Positions 39,804 through 50,594 of a stretch of 64,000 bases of DNA are shown one piece after another. The DNA is taken from contig CAVQMY010000027.1 of NCBI GenBank assembly GCA_963713705.1, positions 89,669 to 153,668 on the forward strand, given 5' to 3'. This DNA comes from an uncultured Verrucomicrobiae bacterium (lineage in GTDB: Bacteria; Verrucomicrobiota; Verrucomicrobiia; Palsa-1439). Made by a program: the position numbers and the translations under genes. The notes beneath the pieces were generated by a model. It did no database searches and had not been told where the DNA came from. It was given only the letters and a program-made list of their open reading frames with translations. How positions within the stretch are numbered: position 1 is the first letter of the stretch; the number at the start of each line of letters is the position of its first letter.

Positions 39804-40944
39804 TCAAGAGTAACGCGCGAACTGGTTGGAATCGCGGGTGAGCAGGCGCATGAGTCGTGGGTGAATGAATAGTTTTTCGCGTCCGATGGGTTTCTCCTGC
39901 AGGATGCCGGTCCTGACAAGTTCCTTGAGGTAAACGGATGCTGTCTGGCGGTGGGCGATATGGCGTTGCGTGACGTTTAGGATTCGGCAATAGGGCTGCT
40001 CGAAGATGAGGTTCACGAGTTCATGGCTGTAGATTTTCGGGAGGGTGGTGCGGACGTATTCGGTGGTGTGAGCCTGCAATTTGCGGATGGCGTCAATCTT
40101 GGCCACCGTCCAGCGGGCCGTGATCTCGACGCCGTTGAGGACAAAGATCACCCATGGTTCCCAGTCTTGTGAGCGGGTGACGGCCAACAGCAGGCGGTAG
40201 TAGTCGATCTTGTTTTGGATGATGTAGCGACTGAGATAGAGAATGGGCAAGGTGAGCAGTTGTTGCTCGATAAAGAAGAGGCTATTGAGCACGCGGCCGG
40301 TGCGGCCATTGCCATCGGTGAATGGATGGATGGCTTCAAACTGGTAATGCCCCACGGCCATGCGCACGAGCGGATCCAGGTCGGTGTCATCGTGGAGAAA
40401 CCGCTCCCAATTGGCCAACAGCGAGCGGAGCAAATGCTCTCCGACTGGCGGGGTGTAAACGATCCTGCCCGACTGTCCGCGCGCCAGTGCCGTACCGGGG
40501 ACAGTTCGAACGCGCATCGGCGCGCCGTTGATGAGACTGCAAACTTGTTCTGCCGTCCGCGTGGTCAGCGGCCTGTTGCGCAAGGAGGCGAATCCCTCCA
40601 GCAGGGCGTGGCTGTAGCGCAATGCCTCCCGGGTCGCCGCATCCGCCTGGCGGTCATTGACCTCGCGCAACTGGAACAGCCGGTCGGTGGTGGTGATGAT
40701 GTTTTCGATTTCCGAGCTGGCTTGGGCTTCGAGCAGGGGCAGCGTATTGATCAACACGGCCTGATTGGGGATCAAGTCCGCCGCCTGCTTCAGTTCGGCC
40801 AGGGCTGTGCGAGCGCGGATGCATTGTTTGAGGATGGACCTGGATTCCAGATCGGCCGGGAGGTGGCAGGAGGGGCAGTTCGTTGAACGGCTGGTGCGGC
40901 CGCCATACCCGGACGCGCTGGCGATTCTTTCGAGCGGAGGACAT
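39804..40944 (-). CDS. Fic family protein adenylyltransferase, one frameshift near 40858
   Basis: [12 protein letters not shown] Fic motif, [10 protein letters not shown] inhibitory motif, N-terminal [11 protein letters not shown]. Confidence 0.92.
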
Positions 40945-41128
40945 GCCGGGGAGGATATGTCGATGCGAACGACTTGTCAACTGGATATGTCGAAAAAACA
41001 ATGTAATTTCGACACGTTTTGGAAACCTGTCGATGGCGGCGACGGAACACGAAGGCCACGAAGGAGACACGAAGAGCACGAGTGGGGAGGAATCCGCTGG
41101 GGACAGCGGACGCTACAACGACGAGGGG

Positions 41129-41206
41129 CGGGTTCGTGAGGCGGCTTGTCTGACGCGGGGGCGCGTCAGGCGACACGCGGGGCGCGTGTGCTCCCCGGTG
41201 GTCGGG
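41129..41206. repeat. Direct-repeat copy of the 39476-39553 REP-like unit
   Basis: 78-bp near-identical match CGGGTTCGTGAGGCGG..CTCCCCGGTG.TCGGG. Confidence 0.85.
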
Positions 41207-41360
41207 GCCGGATGCATTCAAGGGGGGAGAATCGATGACGGGGTTGGGGGTGGGCGGATGCGGGTTGGACCAGGGTTAGGCTCGGTTTCGAGCAGGGTCA
41301 GCTAGGGTAGACTAGGGTTGCTTGGGTTACCCAGGGTTGGCTGGGTTGGCTGGGGGTTGC

Positions 41361-41451
41361 CTAGTGTGGTGTCACTGAAATGCCTTTCCAATGTCCATCT
41401 GGTCAAAATGAAGCGATTCATTGTAACGAAGCGTTAGGGACAGCACACTAG
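41361..41451 (+). mobile_element. 91-bp CTAG-bounded MITE, copy 2
   Basis: Identical to 61901-61991. Confidence 0.9.
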
Positions 41452-41475
41452 GTTGAGTGAGGGTTGCGGGGAGGG

Positions 41476-41817
41476 TCAGGTGGGGGCGGTGCCGCGGTAG
41501 CGGATGATGTGGACTTTTTCGCGGGTGACGAGTCCGTCGCCCATGATCTTGTCGAGTTCGGGGAGGAAGGCGTTGATGCGTTCCTCTTTGTCGACGATCT
41601 CGATGAGGACGGGGAGGTCTTCGCTGAGGCGGAGGATTTTGGCGGTGTGGAGATGCGAGTTGGCGCCGAAGCCCATGGGGCCGCGCAGGACGGTGGCGCC
41701 GGCGAGGCCCATTTCACGGGCCTTGAGGACGATGGCTTCGTACAGCGGCTGGTGATGCCATTTGTCGAGTTCGCCGAGGTAGATACGCAGGAGAGAACCT
41801 TCGCCTTCGAGTTTCAT
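41476..41817 (-). CDS. DUF190 PII-like protein
   Basis: LLRIYLGE..PLYEAIV..GLAGATVLRG..LSEDLPVLIEIVD, downstream of crcB. Confidence 0.9.
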   Translation of the reverse strand: MKLEGEGSLLRIYLGELDKWHHQPLYEAIVLKAREMGLAGATVLRGPMGFGANSHLHTAKILRLSEDLPVLIEIVDKEERINAFLPELDKIMGDGLVTREKVHIIRYRGTAPT

Positions 41818-42242
41818 AGTGTGCCTCCGTGGAATCGGGATTGGAACAGGCGGCCGCCGACCCAGCCGAGCCAGGTGGCGAGCAGGCCGAGGACGTTGGA
41901 GCCGAGGATGTTGAGCGCGACGCCGAGCCATTCGGCATCGCGCGCGAGGTTGAGGGTCTGGAGTCCGTAGCTGGAGAACGTGGTGTAGCCGCCGCAGAAG
42001 CCGACCATCAGGAAATCGCGCCATTCGGGTTTGAGCCAGGCGCGCCCGGTGGCGGGTCCGCTGATGGCGGCGATGAAGCCGATGGCGAAGCAGCCGGTGA
42101 CATTGATGACGAGCGTGCCGAGCGGGAAGACGGCCACCAGCGGATAATGCTTCGGCTGATGGGTGGAGATGGCGCCGTTCAGCCCGTAACGGGCCAACGT
42201 GCCGAGCGCTCCACCAATGATGAGCAGCAACAATCTGAACAT
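41814..42242 (-). CDS. crcB: Fluoride efflux channel Fluc/CrcB
   Basis: GGALGTLARY, FPLGTLVINVTGCFAIG, GFCGGYTTFSSY. Confidence 0.95.
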   Translation of the reverse strand: MFRLLLLIIGGALGTLARYGLNGAISTHQPKHYPLVAVFPLGTLVINVTGCFAIGFIAAISGPATGRAWLKPEWRDFLMVGFCGGYTTFSSYGLQTLNLARDAEWLGVALNILGSNVLGLLATWLGWVGGRLFQSRFHGGTL

Positions 42243-42257
42243 TGTGTCCTCTCTGCC

Positions 42258-42320
42258 ACGGTAGGAGTCATCAGCGCCCTGCCGTCGCAGGGGCAGTTAC
42301 AGGCGAACCCCATCACCGCT
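42258..42320 (-). ncRNA. Fluoride riboswitch
   Basis: Minus strand reads GGTGATGGGGTTCGCC...TAACTGCCC...GGGCGCTGATGACTCCTAC, directly upstream of crcB. Confidence 0.9.
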
Positions 42321-42660
42321 CCGAAGCCTATCATCATCGGCGCGCAAACTTCACGAAAAAAAGCATGTCTGCCGGGCGGTGGCGTGTCCGCAGGACGGCG
42401 TTCTGTATTTTTTTAGTCACGCTGGCAAACAAACGTCTAACAGGGACGGCTCTCTCGTCCAAGGCAATTCACGAAAACCGCTGGCCTTTAACGAGTTTTT
42501 AATACTCCCACTTCGGCTGGCACAGCGGGCGCTAAAGGCCCCCGCATGCGAGTGAGGCTATTCGCTCCGATGATGCGTGGCGGCCGTCGGGTGCCAAGCA
42601 ACGGTGGCACGTGACAGTCGGCAACGAAGAAAGCGTTAAAATCTGAGTAAGGAGAACATC

Positions 42661-44675
42661 ATGGCAACGGAACAACAAGCGGGCGGGGGGGCGACAAAAC
42701 CCAAGACGACGGGGACCCTGGGGCTAACGGGGCTGACGATCAATGCGATGGCGCTGATTGCGCCCGGAGCGTTTCTGTGGCTGACGTATCAAGAGCAGGC
42801 GCTCTACGGCGCGCCCATGGCTGGCTGCGCGATGTGGTTCGGTCTATTCGCGGCGCTGCTGCTGTGCTTTGCGACGGCGATCAGTTACGCTGAGTTGTCC
42901 AAGCTGTATCCGGGCGCAGGATCATCGTACTACTTCGCGGAGCAGGCGTTCCTGTCCAAGACTCAGGCCTACAAGTTCGCCCGCGTGGTCAAGTTCTTCA
43001 CCGGCTGGGCCAGCCATCTGTACTACTGGGTCTATCCCGGCTTGATGGTCGGCGTCACGGCGATTTTGGGCGGTTATCTGGCCAGCCAGTTTTGGCCGGA
43101 CACGTTCAGCGGGACGTATAACAGTCCGTTGTTCATGTACATTTTCTGTGTCGTGTTCGCGTTGTTGGTGGGCTACATCGCCTACCGTGGCGTGAATGGC
43201 AGCACGGCGGTCAACATGGCGATCAACGTCATCCAGATCACGGCGTTGATCGTTTTCACGATCATGGCCATCGCGTACCGCATGCAGCATCCGCAGGATT
43301 CGGTGGGCTACCACCTGTCCAACGGCACGCCGGTCAACTATCAGGTGGATCAGGTCAACCAGACTGACGACAAGGGCAAACCGGTACAGGACAGTTGGGC
43401 CGATAATTCCCCCAAGACCGACGACAAGGGTCAGCCGGTCTACAAAACGCAGGATCGTCAGGTCACCAAGGACGACTTGGCCGACAAGAGTTTGAATTTG
43501 GCCGCGCTGGGCCTTGCGGAAGGAGACCCCTACCCGCTCTTGCAGAAGGACGCCAGCGGCAAAGTGACTCTGGGTAAGGATGGCAAGCCGGTTCCCGTAC
43601 CGTTCATATTGAGCTACAAGCCCGAGGACGCCGTCAGCGGCAAGCCGGGCGATGCCAAGGATCCGCAAACGTTCAACTTCCACACCAGCGCCAGTTCGGT
43701 GTTCGCGCCGCATGGATTCAATCTCGTCTTCATCCAGGCGTGCATCGCGATTCTGCTGCTGGTCGGTTTCGAGTCCGTGACCGCGATGGGGGAAGAGGCG
43801 AGGAACCCCAAGCGGGACATCCCGTATGCGGTGCTGCTCTCGCTGGCGATCCAGGGCGCATTCTGCTACCTGTTCGAGTACTTCGCGGCGAACTTGTTTC
43901 TGAACAGCGGTTACACGATTTCGAGCGCGGGCGCTTCCGGCGCACCCCTCGGCGACATGATGGTCCTCGTCGGCACATGGCTGTTCGGCAGCTATTCGGC
44001 GGGCCGGGCGTTCATGCTGATCGAGGCCGGCACGGTGTTTCTCGCGCTGATCGGCACCACGCTCTCCTGCATCAACACGGGCGCTCGCGTGACCTATGCG
44101 ATGGGCCGCGACGAAGAAGTGCCCTCGCACTTCGGCCTGTTGCACGGCAGGACGCTCTCGCCGCACCGCGCGATCTGGACGTTGATCGATCCTGTCGATC
44201 TTCATCGGCATCCTTACGACGACGGTGTATCTCGGCGCGCAAGGCTCGCCGACTCGCGCTGCTGGACAAGCATAACTTCTGGTACAGCTTCGGCATCTTC
44301 TCGCCGCACGCCTATGCTACGCTGCCGAACACGCTGGTGATCATCACACTGATCAGCAACTTCGGCACGTTCCTGCTCTACATGACGACCTGCATCGTGG
44401 CGATCGTGGCATTCAAGGAGCACCACACCTTCAACGGGTTCAAGCACATGGTCGTCCCGGTGTTTGGCCTGCTGGCGAACCTGGGCTGCATGCTGTTCTA
44501 TCTGGTCGGGCCGTTCTCGGTCAGCGGCATGAGCTGGCATGAGCCTTACATCGCACTCGGCGTTGTCGGCCTGTGGGGCCTCTACGGGGTGTTCTACTTC
44601 ATGAAGTCCAGTAAGGCCAGGGGCCGGGAAACGCTGCTGACCAGCAAACCCGCCGTGTCAGCGATGGCGCTGTAA
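42661..44675 (+). CDS. APC-family amino acid/polyamine permease with a large hydrophilic insert; about two indels near 44185-44260
   Basis: TAISYAELSKLYPGAGSSY, LVGFES..AMGEEARNPKRDIP, NTGARVTYAMGRD. The C-terminal TMs are in a shifted frame. Confidence 0.85.
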
Positions 44676-44820
44676 TCACAGGCTTGCCCCGAATACCTTT
44701 TGGGGCTGATTGGGTCTCGAAACGGCTGCCTCTTTCACGAGAGGCAGTGGTTTCCCTTTGACTCCTTTCATCCGGCTTGCAACCGCCAGCGGCGGCGGGT
44801 AGCGTGTGCCGCTCGGTAAC

Positions 44821-46613
44821 ATGGAACTGATTTACGGAGAACTTTCGTCCGCCGGCACGGTCCGCCCACGAAACGAGGACTACGTTGGCTTCTGGCAGCC
44901 GGAGTCGCTCGAGGAAAAGCGCAACCGCGGGGCCATCGCGGTGCTGGCCGATGGCGTCGGCGGCCAGGGGCGCGGCGATGTCGCCAGCCGGTTGGCAGTG
45001 GAGGTGTCGCTGAAGGTATTCCGCGAAGCGAAGGAGGACCTGTCCCCGCAGCAACTGCTGACGCAGGTGTTCAACGCCGCCAACCTTGCCGTTTTCGACA
45101 AGAGCATGGAAGACAAGAGCACCAAACGTATGGCCACAACGCTGGCCATCGCCATCTTCCGCAACGATCGCGTCGCCGTCGGCAACGTCGGCGACACGCG
45201 GGTCTATCTCGCGCGCAAAGGGGAGATCAAGCAGGTCTCGACCGACCACTCGTACGTCGCCATGCAGCGCAAGTTCGGTCTCATCAGCGAAGACGAGGCC
45301 AAGCGCAGCGACAACCGTTTCATCCTCACCCGCAGCGTCGGACAGGAGCCCGTGATTCGCGTGGACGTCGAGGACGTTGCCGTCCAGAAGGGCGACCACA
45401 TTGTGCTTTGTTCGGACGGTTTGCATTCCTGCGTGGCCGACAGTGAAATCTGCGACATTGTCGGTCGCTACGCGCCGGGGACAGCCTGCCGCCAACTCGT
45501 CGCGCTGGCGGAGCAACGGGGGACGGACGACAACGTCTCGGCGCAGGTGATCCAGATCGAAGAGATCGAGGCCGTGGGTTACTACCGCGGCGTCCCGATG
45601 TTTCACAAACCCGCGGAGAAGGCCGTCACCGGCGAGGTCGAAGCGGGCCAACTGCTCGACGACCGATTCTTTATCCACGAGATGATCAGCCGTAGCGGCA
45701 TGGCCACCATTTACCGCGCCACGGACCGCCAGACCAAGCAAATGGTCGCCGTCAAGGTGCCGTATATGCAGTTCGAGAGTGATCCGGGTTTTTCTCGCGG
45801 TTCCTGCGTGAGGAGGAAATCGGCCTCAAACTCCAACATCCCAACATCCTCAAATTTTTCCCCGTGGAACACAAATCGCGCCCGTACATCGTGACCGAGT
45901 ACCTGCGGGGCTACACGTTGGCCCACTTGCTCAACAGCATCCGTCCGATGCCGGTCTCCGACGCCTTGAAGCTCACCAGCCACATTTGTGACGCACTCGC
46001 CTATCTGCATGGCGTGGGCGTCATTCATCGCGACCTGAAACCGCAGAATATCATGATGTGTTACAACGGCACGATCCGCCTCATGGATTTCGGCATTGCC
46101 CGCAGCGAAGGACGGCGCATCACCTACACGGGCTTCACGCCAGCCCTGGGCACGCCCGATTACATGGCCCCCGAACAGGTCAAAGGCAAACGGGGCGATG
46201 CACGCACCGATATCTACAGCCTCGGCGCCATGCTCTATGAGATGTTGACCGGTCATACGCCGTTTGAGGGAGAAACCCCGCTCATCGTCATGAACGCCCG
46301 TCTCGTTGGCGACCCCGTCGCCCCACGCCAGTTCGAACCGAATCTCCCGCCCGAGGTTGAGGAAATCGTTCTCCACGCCATGGAACGCGATCCGGCCGAC
46401 CGCTACCGATCCGCCGCCGAGATGAAAACCGAGGTCGACGACCCGGACACCGTAACGGTGACGGGTCGCGCAGAGCGACTCCAAGCACCCACGCCGTGGA
46501 AACGCGGCTGGAGCAAACATCGGAGGACGATTTTGTCCATTCTGGCGCTCCTTCTGGTATTCGCATTACTCTTTTTCTTACTGATTTTCCTTCACCCGGC
46601 CCATCACCGCTGA
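44821..46613 (+). CDS. Fused PP2C phosphatase + Ser/Thr kinase with a C-terminal TM helix; one indel in the T-run near 45790
   Basis: RNED, VLADGVGG, NVGDTR, LCSDGL, DDNVS. Adding one T gives FFSRFLREEEIGLKLQHPNI, then HRDLKPQN, DFG, GTPDYMAPE. Confidence 0.88.
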
Positions 46614-46774
46614 TCGCGGCGTCGACATTCGACGGAAAGGCCGTGGGCTTCCCCATGTCGTGCTGCGTTTTGACCACGCTGGTTAAGGGCAGGCTGTAAT
46701 ACAGCAAATTCAGATGACCGGCAAAACACGCAAGTCTTTGTCAAACAATCAATTGCGCCACTGCTGCCGTAGCG

Positions 46775-46790
46775 TGGCATATGCCCTGCA
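46775..46790 (+). promoter_or_regulatory. Putative sigma-54 (-24/-12) promoter for porin-amt
   Basis: TGGCATATGCCCTGCA has exact GG-N10-GC spacing, about 220 bp upstream of the porin gene. Confidence 0.5.
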
Positions 46791-47011
46791 ATCACGTTCG
46801 GGTCATGCGAGGCTTGGATCCAGCAGCGTGGTCGAGGTGCGTTCCCATTCCGGCACAGGCCGGCTCGGACATGCTGCCCGCGACATCGGTTTCCCGCAGA
46901 GAATCGCGGCTCTCGCGTGACAGATTCACCAGAGTTGCGTGGCGTGGTGATGGAGCGCCAGCGCGAAGTCGTACCAGACCAACATAAACCCAATAAACGG
47001 AGGACACGAAG

Positions 47012-48322
47012 GTGAGGATCAATTACCTGAGAGCCGTATGGATTTGTGCGGCTGCGGCAGTGCTGATGGCAAAGGGCGTGCCTGTGGTCAAGGCCGACGA
47101 AGGAACGGACTACAAGGCTCTGTACGATGAACAGAAGAAGCGCAGTGACGACCTGGAAAAGCGGATCGCCGCTTTGGAAGCCGGCACCGGAAACGTCGCC
47201 GTCGCCAAAGCGGACATCCCCCAGAAATCGCTCGATTTCCTCGGTCAGACTGAGATCAGCGGGTTCATCGAGGCTTCGTACCTGTATGACTTCAACAAGA
47301 CAGCTGTCCCCACCTCTCATCAGGTGGTGGGCCGAACGTTTGACACACATGCCAACCAGTTCGATGTTGACGACTTCAAGTTGGCACTCGAGAAACCCAT
47401 CTCCGCCAACCCGACCAACTGGGTCGTCGGCTATCGCGCGGACCTGATCTTTGGTGAGGACGCGGCGGTCATCCACTCTTCCGGGTTCAATCTGGGCACG
47501 GACGGTGATCTTGAGCAGGCGTTTATCGATGTCAATGTTCCGGTTGGCAATGGCCTGAAGGTCATCATCGGCAAGACGGTGACCCTCATGGGCGTGGAAG
47601 TCATCGAGCAGGTGTCGAACCCGAACTTCTCGGAAGGCAATCAGTTCCTCTACGTGGAGAATTTCACGCAGACAGGCGTCCAGCTGGCCTACCAGTGGAA
47701 TGATAAGATCGACACCGAATTCGTGATATTCAACGGTTGGGACCAATTGCCCGACAACAACTTCGCCCTGTCGTACATGGCCCGCATCGGATACGCGTTC
47801 GATTCCAATACCACCTTTGCCGCGCTGGGTTACGGCGGTCCGGAGCAGACAGCAGCTTCGCTGCCCGGCGGTACCACCGGCTCGAGCGCCAATTGGCGCG
47901 ACGGGGTCGATTTGGTCGCCACCCGCAAGATCACCGATAAGTTCAGCACCGATTTGCAGTTCGACTACGGTCATGAACAAAGCGCCTTCCTCTCCGATGG
48001 CACGACGCAGGCCGATGCGGAATGGTATGCCGTCGGCGCTTGGCTGATCTACGACTTCACGGACAAAATCGAACTCGCCTTCCGTCAGGATTACCTCAAG
48101 GACAGGGAGGGCTCGCGAGTGGCAGCCGTATTTGGCACGACTGACCCGCTGCCGGTGGGTGTCACTCCCGAACTTTATAGCTCAACGGTAACTCTGAACC
48201 TGAAACCGGTGAATAATTTCCAGTTCCGTCCAGAATTCCGCTGGGACCACTCTGACAAGGATCTCTACAACGGCGTACACGACCAGTTTACGCTTGGCGT
48301 GGGCGTAGCGTATCTGTATTGA
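47012..48322 (+). CDS. Outer-membrane beta-barrel porin (OmpL-like/DUF1597 type)
   Basis: Signal peptide, coiled coil, RADLIFG, LEQAF, GVEVIE..NPNFS, FRPEFRWDHS, C-terminal AYLY. Confidence 0.85.
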   Translation: MRINYLRAVWICAAAAVLMAKGVPVVKADEGTDYKALYDEQKKRSDDLEKRIAALEAGTGNVAVAKADIPQKSLDFLGQTEISGFIEASYLYDFNKTAVPTSHQVVGRTFDTHANQFDVDDFKLALEKPISANPTNWVVGYRADLIFGEDAAVIHSSGFNLGTDGDLEQAFIDVNVPVGNGLKVIIGKTVTLMGVEVIEQVSNPNFSEGNQFLYVENFTQTGVQLAYQWNDKIDTEFVIFNGWDQLPDNNFALSYMARIGYAFDSNTTFAALGYGGPEQTAASLPGGTTGSSANWRDGVDLVATRKITDKFSTDLQFDYGHEQSAFLSDGTTQADAEWYAVGAWLIYDFTDKIELAFRQDYLKDREGSRVAAVFGTTDPLPVGVTPELYSSTVTLNLKPVNNFQFRPEFRWDHSDKDLYNGVHDQFTLGVGVAYLY

Positions 48323-48349
48323 TGTGCGCGAACGGAATTAGCGAAGGGT

Positions 48350-49720
48350 ATGCGGCTTAAGAGCGATGTCAGCAACAAAACCTTGGCCATTGTGGCCCTG
48401 GCAGTGGCGCTCTCCGGTGTCCTGCCAGGGTCGCTCGCTTTCGCAGCAGACTCCTCTCCACCACCGCCGCCAACCCAATCGACAACCGCTGCTTGGCAAT
48501 TACTCGCCGGGGCTTTGATCTGGCTCATGCCGGCCGGTTTGGCCATGCTGGCGGCTGGCCTCACCCGCGCAAAAAATGCCTCGCATACGACCTTCATGAC
48601 CTTCTTCGGATGCGCCATCGCCGTGGTCGCCTTCTGGGCCGGAGGCTTCGCGGTTGCACATGGCGGAAGCGGTTTCTTTCTCAATCATTCGGACACCAGC
48701 TCGGGCAGTTTTTTATCGTTCTTGTGGCAGGCGTCAACCTTGTGCGTGGCCGTCAGTATTCCGGTGGGAGCCCTGGCCGAACGATGGAGCCTCAAGAATT
48801 TCTATGTGTCGGCATTGTTTGTCTCTTTGGTTCTGTTCCCGTTCTTCGCCTGTTGGACATGGGGCGGAGGATGGTTGGCGCAGCTGGGTTTTGTGGATCT
48901 TGCAGGCTCCGGCGTTGTCCACGCCTTGGCCGGTCTCTTTGCACTGGCGGGGGCATCGATCTTGGGCCCGCGCATCGGCCGCTACAACCGGGACGGCGGG
49001 GTGATACCGATACCCGCGCACAACATCCCGTTGACACTTCTTGGATCATTCTTGCTCGTCGTCGGCTGGCTCGGATTCAACATGGTCGGCGCGCCGGAGT
49101 CGGCCGCAGCAATCGCCACCGTCACCATCCTCGCGGGCGCCTGTGGCGGCATCACCGCCGCGACATTCATGATCATGACCACCCGCAAGCCCGACCCCAC
49201 CATCACGATCAATGGATTGCTCGCAGGACTGGTCGCCAGTTCGGCCGGAGCAGCCTGCATCAGCCCGGTCGCCGCCGTAGTCATCAGCGTTATCGCCAGT
49301 TTGCTGGCTTGCGTGTCCGTCCGGGTCCTCGACAAGTGCCGCATCGATGATCCCGTCGGCGCAATCTCCGTGCATGGCGTCGGCGGACTGTGGGGCGTGC
49401 TGGCCGTGGGCATTTTTGCCAGTAGCAACTCGGTGACCGGCTGCCTGCACGGTGGCTGGGGTCAACTCGGTGCGCAAATCCTCGGCGTCTCGGTTCTCGT
49501 CTTGTGGGCCGGCGGCGTCTCCTGGATTTTCCTGAAAACACTCGACTGGTTCATTCCGATGCGCGTTCCGCCGGAAGTTGAACTGGAAGGCCTGGATATT
49601 TCCGAAACGGGACTGATCGGCTACCCGGATTTCCAGATCACCAGTCCGCATACCAGCGGATTCTCCGCCAGCCTGTCGCGGCTGGCCTCCCGAAAAGAAT
49701 ACGAACATAAAAAAAATTGA
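48350..49720 (+). CDS. amtB: Ammonium transporter (Amt family), divergent
   Basis: DLAGSGVVH, PAHN, GWLGFN, NGLLAGLVA, DDPVGAISVHG; both pore histidines are present. Confidence 0.9.
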   Translation: MRLKSDVSNKTLAIVALAVALSGVLPGSLAFAADSSPPPPPTQSTTAAWQLLAGALIWLMPAGLAMLAAGLTRAKNASHTTFMTFFGCAIAVVAFWAGGFAVAHGGSGFFLNHSDTSSGSFLSFLWQASTLCVAVSIPVGALAERWSLKNFYVSALFVSLVLFPFFACWTWGGGWLAQLGFVDLAGSGVVHALAGLFALAGASILGPRIGRYNRDGGVIPIPAHNIPLTLLGSFLLVVGWLGFNMVGAPESAAAIATVTILAGACGGITAATFMIMTTRKPDPTITINGLLAGLVASSAGAACISPVAAVVISVIASLLACVSVRVLDKCRIDDPVGAISVHGVGGLWGVLAVGIFASSNSVTGCLHGGWGQLGAQILGVSVLVLWAGGVSWIFLKTLDWFIPMRVPPEVELEGLDISETGLIGYPDFQITSPHTSGFSASLSRLASRKEYEHKKN

Positions 49721-49742
49721 GGCCATCAGGAAATCGTTCAAG
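49707..49742 (+). pseudogene. glnK: 12-codon remnant of a PII (glnK/glnB) gene
   Basis: ATA AAA AAA ATT GAG GCC ATC AGG AAA TCG TTC AAG = IKKIEAIRKSFK, compared with the PII start MKKIEAIIKPFK. Confidence 0.65.
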
Positions 49743-50594
49743 CCCCCGCGTGGTTTAACCCCTTCGTTCTTCTCCACATTCGCGTCTAAAACCCCGTCCG
49801 ACAGGCCAAACGAACCCAAAACGAACCCAATTTTAGCAAAACAAAGCCATGCGACAAAATGGCACACTTGCACTTCTAACATCTTGTCGCTCAAGCCACT
49901 CCACAACATCTAGCACTTCAAAAAATTGGCTTTGTTTTTACAGATGTAACATTTCTCGCTGTCCCCTCTGCCCGTTTACCCTGCCTCCCCGGAACAACGT
50001 CGATGAGAGCACGGTCGAAGGGGCCCCATCAGCCATTTCCCATCGATCATACTCCCCTTCCCCTATATCAAAGATCACAATACAACCGCTGTCTCGTATA
50101 CACTATAGCATGCAGACTGTCCAGCCCATTCTGATGGCCGGTCAAAAAAAGGTGTAAGCGCGCTCGCCGAGGGCGGACCCGCCGTTTCCTTCCTACCGGT
50201 CGTCATCCTGAGCTTGTCGAAACCGCCCCGGGCCGTCTGTCGTGCCGCGACGGCAAATCTCTGTCGTTTCCGTCTTCCCCCGCTCCGAATGCGTCCCCCG
50301 CCGCACTCACACCTTCTTCAAAGAAGCGCGTTCGGGAGGCCCGGAGATGGCGGACGAAGGCCGCGATTCGCGCGGGCGAGGGGAAATCCTATACGATTGG
50401 CTCTCGCTTTTCCGGCTCTACCTCGTACCGTTCGCCTGTGGCCCCATTGACTGACACACACGAAAGGCTCTTATATTCCGGGTTAGACCAAGGCTTGATA
50501 ATCCGCCACAGTGATGGACTCAGCCCGTTTATCCGCCTAGCCACCCGCTGCCTGATTGCAGGGGATTGAGGAGTGTTTTCCGGCGCTCGGAATG

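Noticed and set aside
39137-39919. ORFs over the tandem repeats
   Set aside because: They are translations of REP-like repeats and have no coding signature.
42430-42660. c-di-AMP or amino-acid riboswitch upstream of the APC permease
   Set aside because: I could not match the conserved motifs by eye; an Infernal/Rfam scan would settle it.
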